Shown here one piece after another: positions 51,562 to 59,778 of a stretch of DNA of 59,778 nt; the first letter of the stretch is position 1, and each line of letters begins with the position of its first letter. The notes beneath the pieces were generated by a model. That model did not search any database and was not told where the DNA came from. It was given only the letters and a program-made list of their open reading frames with translations. Source of the stretch: Dehalococcoidia bacterium (GTDB lineage: Bacteria; Chloroflexota; Dehalococcoidia; E44-bin15). Location: contig JAUWRG010000002.1 of assembly GCA_030610655.1 (NCBI GenBank), forward strand, positions 1-59,778, in the 5' to 3' direction. The position numbers and the translations under genes were made by a program.

Positions 51562-52995
51562 CTGAATCAAGACAAGCTTCGAGAGTTTGAACCTGTATTT
51601 TATCCCAAGTCCATCGCTGTGGTGGGCGCTTCTCCCAATCCCACCAAATTTGGGAATAGGTACCTTGAAGCCCTGATCAACGTGGGTTTTAAGGGCAAGC
51701 TCTACCCAGTCAATCCCAGTGATGGCGAAATCTGCGGTCTCAAGGCTTACTCATCTATGAGGGATATCCCGGGTTCTGTTGAGTATGTGATCGTTTGTAT
51801 CCCGGCGCAGCATGTTCTCAGTGTGCTGGATGATTGCGTTGTCAAAGGGGTAAAGGTAGTTCAGTTCTTTACCGCTGGATTCTCCGAGACCGGGGAAGAG
51901 GAAGGTCGCCGATTGGAAAGGGAGATGGTTAAGAAGGCAAGGGAGGGCGGCTTTCGCATCATCGGACCCAATTGCATTGGCGTATACTCACCGGCCCACC
52001 TGATGCCCTATGGGCCGATGGAGATGTTGGGGGAAGTTGGATCGGTGGGCTTTATCTCTCAGAGTGGTGGACATGCGGGAAGGGTTATCGGTATCGGATT
52101 AAGGCGCTGGATTCACTTTAGCAAGGTGGTTAGCTTTGGCAACGGGTGTGACCTTGATAGTGTAGATTATCTGGAGTATCTCGCTGTCGACCCGGATACC
52201 AAAATAATCGGCGCCTATTTGGAGGGCACCAGGGATGCCCGACGCTTTTTCCAACTCGCCAAAGAGATCTCAAGGAACAAGCCCATGATCATCTGGAAAG
52301 GGGGGAAGACTGATCCTGGATCGGAGGCAGCCTACTCTCATACTGGATCCCTTGCCATATCGGATGCCATCTGGACTGCGGTGATGAAGCAGGCGGGTGT
52401 CATTAGGGTGGATAGCCTGGAGGAGCTTGCTGATACCATGCTGACCTTTCAGCATTTCCCACCTTTCCTCGGTGAAAATGTAGCTATTGTTGCTGGGCTT
52501 GCTGGCGGTGGAGGAGGAGAGAGCGTCTCTTCCACAGATGCCTGCGCCAGCGTAGGGCTGAACGTGCCTCCCTTCGCCGATGAGACCAGGAGGAAGCTAA
52601 AGGCGATCCTCCCTCCAGCGGGGTGCATTCTTAGAAACCCGTTAGATATGGGTGGAGTTGGTGGAGTTTTAGAGATTCTGGAAAAAACCATGGAGATAGT
52701 GGCCGCTGACCCCAGGATAGACCTCATCATTGTCAATGAGCATCTGGACCAGCTTCTCATGGGGCTATCGAAGGAGACGCTGGATAAGATGAACGATATT
52801 TTCATCCGTACTAGAGAGATAAAACCTATCGTGATAGTATCTTCGCCTGGGTTTGTCAGCACTGAAATGATAGCGCTTGAGAAGAAACTCGCCAATGCCC
52901 GGGTAACGGTCTACCCTAGCCTGGATCGAGCTGCCAAGGCCATCGCTAACATGAACTGGTACTACAGGTTTCATCTGGGGGCTGAGAGCACCTGA
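51562..52995 (+). CDS. CoA-binding / ADP-forming acyl-CoA synthetase alpha-type protein (no ATP-grasp domain)
   Basis: PKSIAVVGAS...KFG, KLYPVNP, IIGPNCIG and a conserved His region (YSHTGSLA). The N-terminal consensus extends upstream of the track start (GTG 51619). The only start-like codon behind the GGGAGG RBS is CTG at 51562. Confidence 0.75.
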   Translation: MNQDKLREFEPVFYPKSIAVVGASPNPTKFGNRYLEALINVGFKGKLYPVNPSDGEICGLKAYSSMRDIPGSVEYVIVCIPAQHVLSVLDDCVVKGVKVVQFFTAGFSETGEEEGRRLEREMVKKAREGGFRIIGPNCIGVYSPAHLMPYGPMEMLGEVGSVGFISQSGGHAGRVIGIGLRRWIHFSKVVSFGNGCDLDSVDYLEYLAVDPDTKIIGAYLEGTRDARRFFQLAKEISRNKPMIIWKGGKTDPGSEAAYSHTGSLAISDAIWTAVMKQAGVIRVDSLEELADTMLTFQHFPPFLGENVAIVAGLAGGGGGESVSSTDACASVGLNVPPFADETRRKLKAILPPAGCILRNPLDMGGVGGVLEILEKTMEIVAADPRIDLIIVNEHLDQLLMGLSKETLDKMNDIFIRTREIKPIVIVSSPGFVSTEMIALEKKLANARVTVYPSLDRAAKAIANMNWYYRFHLGAEST

Positions 52996-53010
52996 TGAGA
53001 GGAGGGAGAA

Positions 53011-53364
53011 ATGGAATATTTCATAGGTTCACTAGTCTCTTTTGCTGCGCGCATCCCTTGGATTGCTGCCTGGCTTGCTGGGACGGTAATAGCGGTGAAG
53101 CTGTTCAGGCGAGAAAGAGGCAGGGTGCAACGGGTGGGGCTGTGGGGCTTCGCCTTAATGCTTGCCGTCAGCGTGATACAGCCTCTCCTGATGGGAGGGC
53201 TCACACCTTGGTTTGCGGAACGGGAGATGAGACCGGAGAGCTTTAGCATTATACTTTCAGCGATCAATATCCCCTCCTCAATTATTCAATTGGGAGCAAT
53301 TGTATGTATTGTTTATGCCTTTTGGGTCCTTGGGAAGGCTAGATTATCCTCCAATGAAGACTAG
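53011..53364 (+). CDS. hypothetical membrane protein (117 aa)
   Basis: Strong RBS GGAGGGAG before the ATG and three to four hydrophobic helices. No known motif. Confidence 0.55.
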   Translation: MEYFIGSLVSFAARIPWIAAWLAGTVIAVKLFRRERGRVQRVGLWGFALMLAVSVIQPLLMGGLTPWFAEREMRPESFSIILSAINIPSSIIQLGAIVCIVYAFWVLGKARLSSNED

Positions 53365-54382
53365 CGACTTCGACTATCATCTGCCTCCCGAGTTCATCGC
53401 CCAAACCCCCATTGAACCACGGGACCATTCTCGCCTTATGGTTGTTTCGCGGGGCGATGGATTAATGGAGCATCGCCGCTTTCTTGAGCTCGTTGATTTT
53501 CTCCACGAAGGTGATGTGCTGGTGTTCAATGACAGCCGTGTGATCCCAGCGCGGCTCTTGGGGAGGAAGGCAGGGACTGGAGGGAAAGTGGAACTGCTGC
53601 TCCTTCGCCAGTTAGATTCAGGGCTTTGGGAGTCTCTGGTAAGGCCGGGGCGAAGGGTTGCCGTGGGGACGGGAATAGAGGTCACCTTTGATGACGGATC
53701 ATTTGGTGGCGTTTATGGTGAGATTGTGGAGAGGAGAGAAAGAGGGATCAGGGTGATTCGCTTCTCTGATGAAGATGCTCTGGAAGAGATAGGACAGGTG
53801 CCCCTACCCCCTTATATTCACTCTCCAATTAAGGATCCAGAGCGCTATCAAACGGTTTACTCCAGAGTAAAAGGGAGCGTTGCTGCACCAACGGCGGGGC
53901 TTCACTTTACCCCGGAACTTCTCCGTAGCCTAGTAGAAAAGGGTGTCCAATTTGCCTTTATCACGCTCCATGTTGGGCTTGACACTTTCTTGCCAGTGAG
54001 AGTGGAGGACCCAAGGGAGCATCCGATGCACAAGGAGTACTGCGAAGTGCGGGAAGAAGCTGCACAGGAGCTATCTCGGGCGGAGGCTGAGGGGAGGCGA
54101 ATTATCTGTGTTGGCACTACGGTGGTACGGGCTTTGGAGCAGGCGGCGATTCAGGGGAACGGGGTGAAGGCCTTTCGAGGTTGGACTGATATCCTTATCC
54201 TACCGGGGCACCGCTTCCGTAGCGTAGATGCATTGATTACAAACTTCCATTTGCCTCGCTCCACATTATTGATGCTCGTCTCCGCTTTTTCCGGGAAGGA
54301 ATTTATCCATCGAGCCTACAGCGAGGCGAAGCGCCAGGGCTACCGCTTCTATAGCTTCGGCGACGCCATGCTAATTCTGTAA
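53354..54382 (+). CDS. queA: S-adenosylmethionine:tRNA ribosyltransferase-isomerase
   Basis: MKTSDFDYHLPPEFIAQTPIEPRDHSRLMV, APTAGLHFT, ITLHVGLDTF and TNFHLPRSTLLMLVSAF are canonical QueA. The track ORF starts at 53300. Confidence 0.93.
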   Translation: MKTSDFDYHLPPEFIAQTPIEPRDHSRLMVVSRGDGLMEHRRFLELVDFLHEGDVLVFNDSRVIPARLLGRKAGTGGKVELLLLRQLDSGLWESLVRPGRRVAVGTGIEVTFDDGSFGGVYGEIVERRERGIRVIRFSDEDALEEIGQVPLPPYIHSPIKDPERYQTVYSRVKGSVAAPTAGLHFTPELLRSLVEKGVQFAFITLHVGLDTFLPVRVEDPREHPMHKEYCEVREEAAQELSRAEAEGRRIICVGTTVVRALEQAAIQGNGVKAFRGWTDILILPGHRFRSVDALITNFHLPRSTLLMLVSAFSGKEFIHRAYSEAKRQGYRFYSFGDAMLIL

Positions 54383-55300
54383 TGTTGAATAATCTGGGGG
54401 TCGAGGAGTCTGCCTGGCCAGGTACTCTTCCCACCTCGAATCCACCCATCGCTGCAGCTCCTCTATCTGGTCCTTGGTGATGTGGCGGAACCGTCCCTGA
54501 AGCTCGATATATTCTCTCACTGGCCTTAGACTACCCTTTGCCGCCAGCCTCTCGCTCGCTCCGGTGAGACGAAAACCCCCATTCTCTATTTCGTAAAGGA
54601 CAACCATCCCTGTTTCTACCGCTAACCGGCCAATTTTCACCGTGTCCTTGGGAGGGAAAAGCCATCCTGGAGGACAGGGGGTGGAGATGTAAAGGAACCT
54701 GGTGCCCATGATGTCTCTCGCCTTTTTCACCTTTTCATACAGATCGAGCGGATAGGAAGAAGAGGCTGTGGCTACGTAGGGTACCCGGTGAGCTGCCATT
54801 ATGGCTGGCATGTCTTTCTGATGCTGTGCTTTGCCCAGGACGGGGGTGGTGGTGGTGGTAGCCCCCAGGGGGGTGGAGCTGGAGCGTTGGCCCCCGGTGT
54901 TCATGTAAGCCTCATTGTCATAGCAGATGTAGATAAAGTCAGTATTCCTCTCGGCGGCACCGCTTAGAGCCTGGATTCCAATATCATGAGTACCTCCATC
55001 GCCGGCAAAGCCTACCACTGTAATCCCCTTCTTCCCTATTGCCTTCAAACCAGCGACAAGCCCTGCCGCTGCCGCCGCAGTGCTGGGAAAGGTGACATTC
55101 ATACATGGGATGTTCACCGAGGTGATGGGATACATGCCATGGAGAACGGTGAGACAACTAGCGGGCACGGTAACGATGGTGCTCTCTCCCAACGCCTTCA
55201 GGATATGGCGATAGGCGATGCCTAGACTGCAACCAGCACAGGTCCTATTTCCGGGAAGCATATATTCCTTGTCAGGTAGGCTCAGTACGCTTTCTGTCAT
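54371..55300 (-). CDS. porB: 2-oxoacid:ferredoxin oxidoreductase beta subunit (TPP-binding, pyruvate type)
   Basis: CAGCS near the N-terminus and the TPP motif GDGGTHDIGIQALSGAAERN. It is part of the gamma-delta-alpha-beta gene order. Confidence 0.9.
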   Translation of the reverse strand: MTESVLSLPDKEYMLPGNRTCAGCSLGIAYRHILKALGESTIVTVPASCLTVLHGMYPITSVNIPCMNVTFPSTAAAAAGLVAGLKAIGKKGITVVGFAGDGGTHDIGIQALSGAAERNTDFIYICYDNEAYMNTGGQRSSSTPLGATTTTTPVLGKAQHQKDMPAIMAAHRVPYVATASSSYPLDLYEKVKKARDIMGTRFLYISTPCPPGWLFPPKDTVKIGRLAVETGMVVLYEIENGGFRLTGASERLAAKGSLRPVREYIELQGRFRHITKDQIEELQRWVDSRWEEYLARQTPRPPDYSTLQN

Positions 55301-55324
55301 CTCAACGTCCTCAGACTGAATCTC

Positions 55325-56542
55325 TCAGATGTGGCAATTCAACCACTCGACCTCCTTTTGCGGTCGGCCTTCTTCTGCCCAGCGCAAAGACCTCTCGGCA
55401 GCATCGGCCAGTTCTCTGGCTTTGACGTCTCTACCTCCCAGGCCTACGATATAGTTGTGTACCGGCACTTGGATACTATTACCATAAAGGGCTGCCTTTA
55501 AGTCAGAGCAGGTAGCGCCTTCATAGCCGTAACTGATGTTCTTGTCGAAAACTACGATTAGCTCTGCCCTCTTAGTTGCCGATATCACGTCTTGCTTGGG
55601 AAATGGGCGATAGACTCTCAAGGCTAGCAGCCCTGCCCTATGGCCTCGCTGCCTAAGCTGATCCACTGCCACCGTGGCCTCGGTGGCGACGCTGCCCATA
55701 GCCATCAGGATTAAAGTGGCATCCTCCAGACGATACCCCCAATGAGTGCCTCCGTAGCTGCGACCAAAGACGTCGCCAAATTCCCTGTCCACCTCGACTA
55801 CCGTCTCCAGGGAGTTCTCCAGCGCCTCCTGAAGCAGATATCTCAACTCCATGTATCCGTGGCACATAACGCCGCGGGCATCTCGCCTGGGATTTGCCAA
55901 GGTAACAAGGTTAAGATTCTGGGGAGTGGATGGATCAAGGACTGTGTGGGGCTTATATGGGGGGAGAAAGCGGTCCACCTGTTCCTGGCGGGGGACTTCC
56001 ACCGGCATGACAGTATGGGAGAGGATATAGCCGTCATAGCATACCATTGCCGGCACATATAACTTCTCAGCGATTCTATAGGCCTGGATGATGGAGTCCA
56101 GGATCTCCTGACTGTTTCGGGCGTAGATCTGAATCCAACCTGTATCCCTTTGGGATATGGAGTCCTGCTGGTCGTTGAGCACATTCCACGGTGCTCCCAT
56201 GGCGCGATTGGCACAGGCCAGCACAATGGGAAGGCGGGCCCCCGCTGCCCAGTGGAGCTGCTCGCACATATATGCCAGGCCGTTGGCGCTGGTAGCGGTG
56301 AAGGTGCGAGCGCCTACAGTTGACGCTGCAATACACACCGCAAGGGCACTGTGTTCACTCTCCACCCTGACATACTCGGCATCCAATTCCCCCTTTTCCA
56401 CAAACTGTGACAGAGTCTCCGTCGCTGGCGATTGAGGAGTGATGGGGTAAGCAGCGACCACCTGAACCCGACTCAATTTAGCTGCCAGAGCGACGGCATA
56501 GTTGCCAGTGATGATCTGGGTGTTATTCGCTGTTTTCTTCAA
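55325..56542 (-). CDS. porA: 2-oxoacid:ferredoxin oxidoreductase alpha subunit
   Basis: ITGNYAVALAAKL..VQVVAAYPITPQS is the typical PorA/VorA N-terminus, 405 aa. Confidence 0.9.
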   Translation of the reverse strand: MKKTANNTQIITGNYAVALAAKLSRVQVVAAYPITPQSPATETLSQFVEKGELDAEYVRVESEHSALAVCIAASTVGARTFTATSANGLAYMCEQLHWAAGARLPIVLACANRAMGAPWNVLNDQQDSISQRDTGWIQIYARNSQEILDSIIQAYRIAEKLYVPAMVCYDGYILSHTVMPVEVPRQEQVDRFLPPYKPHTVLDPSTPQNLNLVTLANPRRDARGVMCHGYMELRYLLQEALENSLETVVEVDREFGDVFGRSYGGTHWGYRLEDATLILMAMGSVATEATVAVDQLRQRGHRAGLLALRVYRPFPKQDVISATKRAELIVVFDKNISYGYEGATCSDLKAALYGNSIQVPVHNYIVGLGGRDVKARELADAAERSLRWAEEGRPQKEVEWLNCHI

Positions 56543-56583
56543 GGTTTATCACACATCCCGCCAGAGTCGAGTCTTCGACAAAG

Positions 56584-56883
56584 CTAGCGTATTGTCAGAT
56601 TGCTTTCCTCTACCAGTGTAATGGCTCCTGCCGGGCATTCCTCGGCACAAATTCCACACCCTTTACAGTACTCCAGGTCTATTTCCACTGGAATGCCCCT
56701 ATTGATCGCAGCCTCAGGGCAATAGAGCCAGCAGAGGAAACAGGAAGGCTTGTTCCTCTTCATTGGTATGCACTTTTGGGGGTCGATGACCGGCGTTGAA
56801 TCTCTCCAGTCCCCCGTCCTTCCTGCCTCGCCAATGCTAGGCGACGAGACGCTGGATATATGACCGCAATCTATCGTATGCAT
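56584..56883 (-). CDS. porD: 2-oxoacid:ferredoxin oxidoreductase delta subunit (2x[4Fe-4S] ferredoxin)
   Basis: CxxCxxCxxxCP motifs (CFLCWLYCP, CKGCGICAEECP), 99 aa. Confidence 0.85.
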   Translation of the reverse strand: MHTIDCGHISSVSSPSIGEAGRTGDWRDSTPVIDPQKCIPMKRNKPSCFLCWLYCPEAAINRGIPVEIDLEYCKGCGICAEECPAGAITLVEESNLTIR

Positions 56884-56948
56884 CGCAGCTCCAATCCTTG
56901 GCTAATCGTATAATTTACTAGCATGTCAAAGGTGAATCGAAGGCTGGT

Positions 56949-57536
56949 CTATTTCACGAGCGTCTTCTCGAAGGCTAACTGCACTGCCCTGAAATTTCTA
57001 TCGGCATCTGCGGCTGAGAATTTGCCCTTGATCGCCTGGCACACGCTTTCTAGAGATAGCAGCCCGGTAGCGCGAAGAAAAGCACCTAAGATGGGGGTGT
57101 TTACCACATAGACCCCGGCAACCACCAGACCAAGCTCCTGGGCGATTCCTGTGGCGTTGGTGGTGGCGACGCAAAATCCGCCTCCTAGGCCGATTTCAGC
57201 CGGTCTCCTCGTGCTATTTACTACTAACCACCCTCCTTGGTTGAGACCGGATGTGACATCGTCGTTCTTGAGAAGGCTTTCATCGAGCACCATCACCACA
57301 TCCGGGGTCTCCACCTCGGAATAAACCCTGATGGGCTCGGGAGAGAATCTGGTAGTGGCACTGACCAGAGCCCCTCTTCTCTCCGCACCAAAATAGGGGG
57401 CGGATGTCACCCCCTGATATCCATCGTGGTACGCCGCCTCAGCCAGGATCTGCGCACTGGTGATCGCTCCCTGACCACCCCTCCCATGCCATCTAATCTC
57501 CCAGATTTTCTTATCAGTTTTAGAGATACGATTCAC
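56949..57536 (-). CDS. porG: 2-oxoacid:ferredoxin oxidoreductase gamma subunit
   Basis: IRWHGRGGQGAITSAQILA and FGAERRGA motifs, 195 aa. Confidence 0.88.
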   Translation of the reverse strand: MNRISKTDKKIWEIRWHGRGGQGAITSAQILAEAAYHDGYQGVTSAPYFGAERRGALVSATTRFSPEPIRVYSEVETPDVVMVLDESLLKNDDVTSGLNQGGWLVVNSTRRPAEIGLGGGFCVATTNATGIAQELGLVVAGVYVVNTPILGAFLRATGLLSLESVCQAIKGKFSAADADRNFRAVQLAFEKTLVK

Positions 57537-57588
57537 TCTCCTGCTCTATATGGCTAAAAAACCAGTTTCGCCACCTTTCCTGATTCTA

Positions 57589-57617
57589 ATGCTAACCTTG
57601 CGAGAGTTCATTGTCAA
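57589..57617 (-). promoter_or_regulatory. putative promoter of the oxidoreductase operon
   Basis: The minus strand reads TTGACA (rc of 57612-57617), 17 nt, TAGCAT (rc of 57589-57594), about 50 nt upstream of porG. Confidence 0.35.
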
Positions 57618-57639
57618 TGGCGAAAGCTAAGGGGACGGT

Positions 57640-57661
57640 GAATTATCTGTGTTGGCACTAC
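57640..57661 (+). repeat. exact 22-bp duplicate of internal queA sequence
   Basis: GAATTATCTGTGTTGGCACTAC is identical to 54099-54120 inside queA. The flanking GGGGA upstream and AGCAGGCG about 18 nt downstream also recur. Confidence 0.75.
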
Positions 57662-57663
57662 TG

Positions 57664-58041
57664 CTATAGTGAGACTGCCAGCAGGCGCGGAAGCTTCGCC
57701 GACCACGCATAGCGGCGTAGCTGATAAGCAGGGCTGACATCGTATTTGAGGTTGACAGCGGGCTTCTTCGCTTCGACGAAGAACTTTCGTGTGCCTCCAA
57801 TTCTGAAGCAGTAGTCCGGTGCCTTGGTAGCGCCGCCTACCTTGATGGCATCCTCGTGAATGACGTCTTTGTACGCCTCGGCGTAGCCCTCTCTGTTGTA
57901 TGCATCCCAGCCTAGGGCTTCAAAGAATGTGTCGAGGAACTCTACCCGCAGTTGGGTCTCATTGTAATGAGTGGAGCGGTATGCCTCGCGGTGGGAATCG
58001 AAGCGCTCTACTAGTTCAAGGATCTTTCCAGGTACGGCCAT
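57664..58041 (-). pseudogene. 5' fragment of a restriction/modification enzyme gene (type IIG / PglX-like N-terminal nuclease-fold domain), truncated
   Basis: The sequence is ILELVERFDSHREAYRSTHYNETQLRVEFLDTFFEALGWD...AYKDVIHEDAIKVGGATKAPDYCFRIGGTRKFFVEAKKPAVNL...PAYQLRRYAWSAKLP. It matches the conserved N-terminus of large DNA methyltransferase/restriction fusion proteins. It stops after ~125 residues, whereas full genes are far longer. Confidence 0.7.
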
Positions 58042-58301
58042 AATGACGCCTTTATTTGCATGCAGGTAATCTATCTGCAACCTATTATACACCAATAGGC
58101 AGTTGGTCATCAGTGCGCAGTGTTATGCTGTGCTTGATAGTGGAGGCTACTCAAGGATACGCCATCGTTGCGGACTTCGTGGGTAACTTAGATCGCAGTA
58201 CTCTAACGGCGATTCACATTGAAAATTGATTCACAACTAAGTTCAGTATTTCTACGCTCCATTAAATTGGTTACATTGTCAACTTGGTTGTTTGAGACTG
58301 T

Positions 58302-58381
58302 TTAGCAACATCCAATTGTCATTCTGAGCGAAGCGAAGAATCTAGACCTTTCGCTACCGCTCAAGGTGACAAAACAAACAC
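58302..58381 (+). repeat. R1 repeat, short variant (copy c)
   Basis: TTAGCAACATCC..GTCATTCTGAGCGAAGCGAAGAATCTAGACCTTTCGCTACCGCTCAAGGTGACAAAACAAACAC shares both ends and the GAAGAATCYAGACC core with copies a and b. The arms GTCATTCTGAGCG and CGCTCAAGGTGAC pair. Confidence 0.65.
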
Positions 58382-58434
58382 TCTCTTGTTTGTCAGTTCT
58401 CATATCAATGGCTAGGCTGAGGGTTGTTTCCCCG

Positions 58435-58740
58435 TCAAGTAACCTTAACGCTGATATTCACATTGTCCATTTTGTCGATCCCTTTGAGTGAAGAGACCAT
58501 GCCAACTACGGTGCTGGCGATAATTTCATTGGGAAAATAAGTTACGTCGAGTTCGTTCCCATTGACGATGACTGTTACATCGCCCTGCTTTAAGTAAAGC
58601 TCCAGGCTCTCGATATTTCCTGCCTCTCTCAGCGAGGAAACCGCACCAGCAACGGTGCGAGCGATGAACTGCTCGGGGAATGGGCTAAGATCAATAGATA
58701 CGTTGTTGACCTCAAGCTTTGCCTCGAAGTTTCCTTTCAC
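58435..58740 (-). CDS. hypothetical protein built from two ~45-aa tandem repeats
   Basis: 101 aa. VNNVSIDLSPFPEQFIARTVAGAVSSLREAG aligns to VNGNELDVTYFPNEIIASTVVGMVSSLKGID, with 14 identities in the first 27 positions. No family recognised. Confidence 0.5.
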   Translation of the reverse strand: MKGNFEAKLEVNNVSIDLSPFPEQFIARTVAGAVSSLREAGNIESLELYLKQGDVTVIVNGNELDVTYFPNEIIASTVVGMVSSLKGIDKMDNVNISVKVT

Positions 58741-58874
58741 TGCCTGCCTCCTACTATTTGATTCTATTTGATTTAGTGCAAATAGTAAAATGGGGTCGGC
58801 GTTTTTTTAATTCGGGGCGAATGTGCTGTCAGCTTGGCCGCTATCTATTATAGGACCTCTGCTACTGGCGGGGG

Positions 58875-59393
58875 TTATAGGGCAGCCTGCTGCCTGCGCT
58901 TGGCGACGTATTTGTTAGCGATGTGCACCAAGGTATATACTACGAGGGAGATGCCTGTAATGATTGCTATAAATATTGCAAAGCTAATGGGATCAGCCTT
59001 ACCCGCTGCATGCTCTACGTCACCTATCATGTATCTAAATATTGATATAAGGTTCAGCCCGATGGCTATAGCGATTGCCACTGTCATGAATTTCAGTATG
59101 AACATCCTCTTGTGACCTATGATAGCTGATACTGCTATGGAAAAGAATACTATGGCAAACTTCACTACTATTGAAAGCACGAATGAGTAAGCCATCAGGG
59201 ATGTGGCCATTGGGTTCATCTCTGTAGCTCCTTGTCCTAGCCCAACGTAGGTGGTTATGGAGTCCACACTATTGAGGAGCAGGAAGAAGAATATCCACCA
59301 GCGATGTTGCTCAATGGCAGACCATATCTTGTGCCTGTCGAGCGTCCAGTCTAGTTTCATCACGGCCTTTAGCCCCGCTGGGCACATCCCCAT
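58875..59393 (-). CDS. membrane protein, DUF5658-like
   Basis: 172 aa with four to five TM helices. LLNSVDSITTYVGLGQGATEMNPM resembles the D..T...E.NP motif of DUF5658 proteins. Confidence 0.55.
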   Translation of the reverse strand: MGMCPAGLKAVMKLDWTLDRHKIWSAIEQHRWWIFFFLLLNSVDSITTYVGLGQGATEMNPMATSLMAYSFVLSIVVKFAIVFFSIAVSAIIGHKRMFILKFMTVAIAIAIGLNLISIFRYMIGDVEHAAGKADPISFAIFIAIITGISLVVYTLVHIANKYVAKRRQQAAL

Positions 59394-59481
59394 TTTTTGT
59401 TATAGGAATAAGCTAAAGATTAGAATTCAGTTGCCTCCTTGGCAACCCGATCTACCATTTGTTTGAATGTGGATATCTATT

Positions 59482-59517
59482 CCTCAAAAAATAGAAACCG
59501 ACCGCAAGGTCGGTTTC
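59482..59517 (-). terminator. intrinsic terminator-like hairpin (minus-strand polarity)
   Basis: GAAACCGACC-GCAA-GGTCGGTTTC is a perfect 10-bp stem with a GNRA-type loop. On the minus strand it is followed by TATTTTTTG. No minus-strand ORF lies upstream of it in the window. Confidence 0.45.
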
Positions 59518-59678
59518 GCTACTGGCTCCGTGGAGCCCAAGCAACCATTTCTAGGCTCCACTTCTTTGCCCCCGCCTTTGAAAACAGAATCAGAACTGCG
59601 TTGGATTATAATATAACTATCTATCTATTGTCAACTTCTCGCAATGTTTCCATAAATATCCGACAGTCCATGTAAAAT

Positions 59679-59778
59679 ATGGGCATGACGAATGAAACCT
59701 TGATAGTTCTATGCTGGGAGCTCTATGAACAGGGAATGCCAAAAATCCGGATAGCCAGAAGAGTGGGGAAGCATCGTG
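59679..59778 (+). CDS. partial ORF, HTH-type N-terminus (transposase/integrase/regulator-like); continues off the right edge
   Basis: MGMTNETLIVLCWELYEQGMPKIRIARRVGKHR resembles the HTH N-termini of IS30/IS481-type transposases. Only 33 codons are visible. Confidence 0.3.
   Translation, partial: MGMTNETLIVLCWELYEQGMPKIRIARRVGKHR

Overview
This 59.8-kb window is mostly a dense, collinear run of housekeeping genes from an anaerobe-type bacterium. Present are RNase PH, aromatic amino-acid entry enzymes, RibF, TyrRS, aspartase, serine biosynthesis, LigA, Pth, enolase, GAPDH, IspD/IspF, CysRS, SecG, GatB, Pcm, CoaBC/CoaX, Nnr, AcpS, ThyX, QueA and a four-subunit 2-oxoacid:ferredoxin oxidoreductase. 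The gene content and repeat families resemble what I associate with Chloroflexota/Dehalococcoidia-like genomes, but this is inference and cannot be confirmed without a database search. I found no rRNA, tRNA or CRISPR array. Second-look items: (1) two structured intergenic repeat families, one of which (R2) sits in the same orientation directly upstream of five + strand genes (four core-metabolism) and inflates several ORF calls; (2) a minus-strand operon of two MenA-like UbiA prenyltransferases, a cobalamin-type radical SAM enzyme, a SPASM radical SAM enzyme and a possible 31-aa membrane micro-ORF, with no recognisable quinone pathway context; (3) two antitoxin-first hicBA modules, one flanked by a diverged, frameshifted duplicate of the 3' end of the neighbouring DUF72 gene, the other with its toxin C-terminus overwritten by a repeat; (4) an exact 22-bp copy of internal queA sequence 3.5 kb downstream, next to a truncated N-terminal fragment of a restriction/methyltransferase gene; (5) an uncharacterised 290-aa nuclease-fold-like protein; (6) a branched-chain-type ABC importer split over converging strands and coupled to an acyl-CoA ligase, followed by an AT-rich patch. 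All coordinates and alignments were done by eye from the sequence. Functional calls rest on recognisable motifs, not searches.
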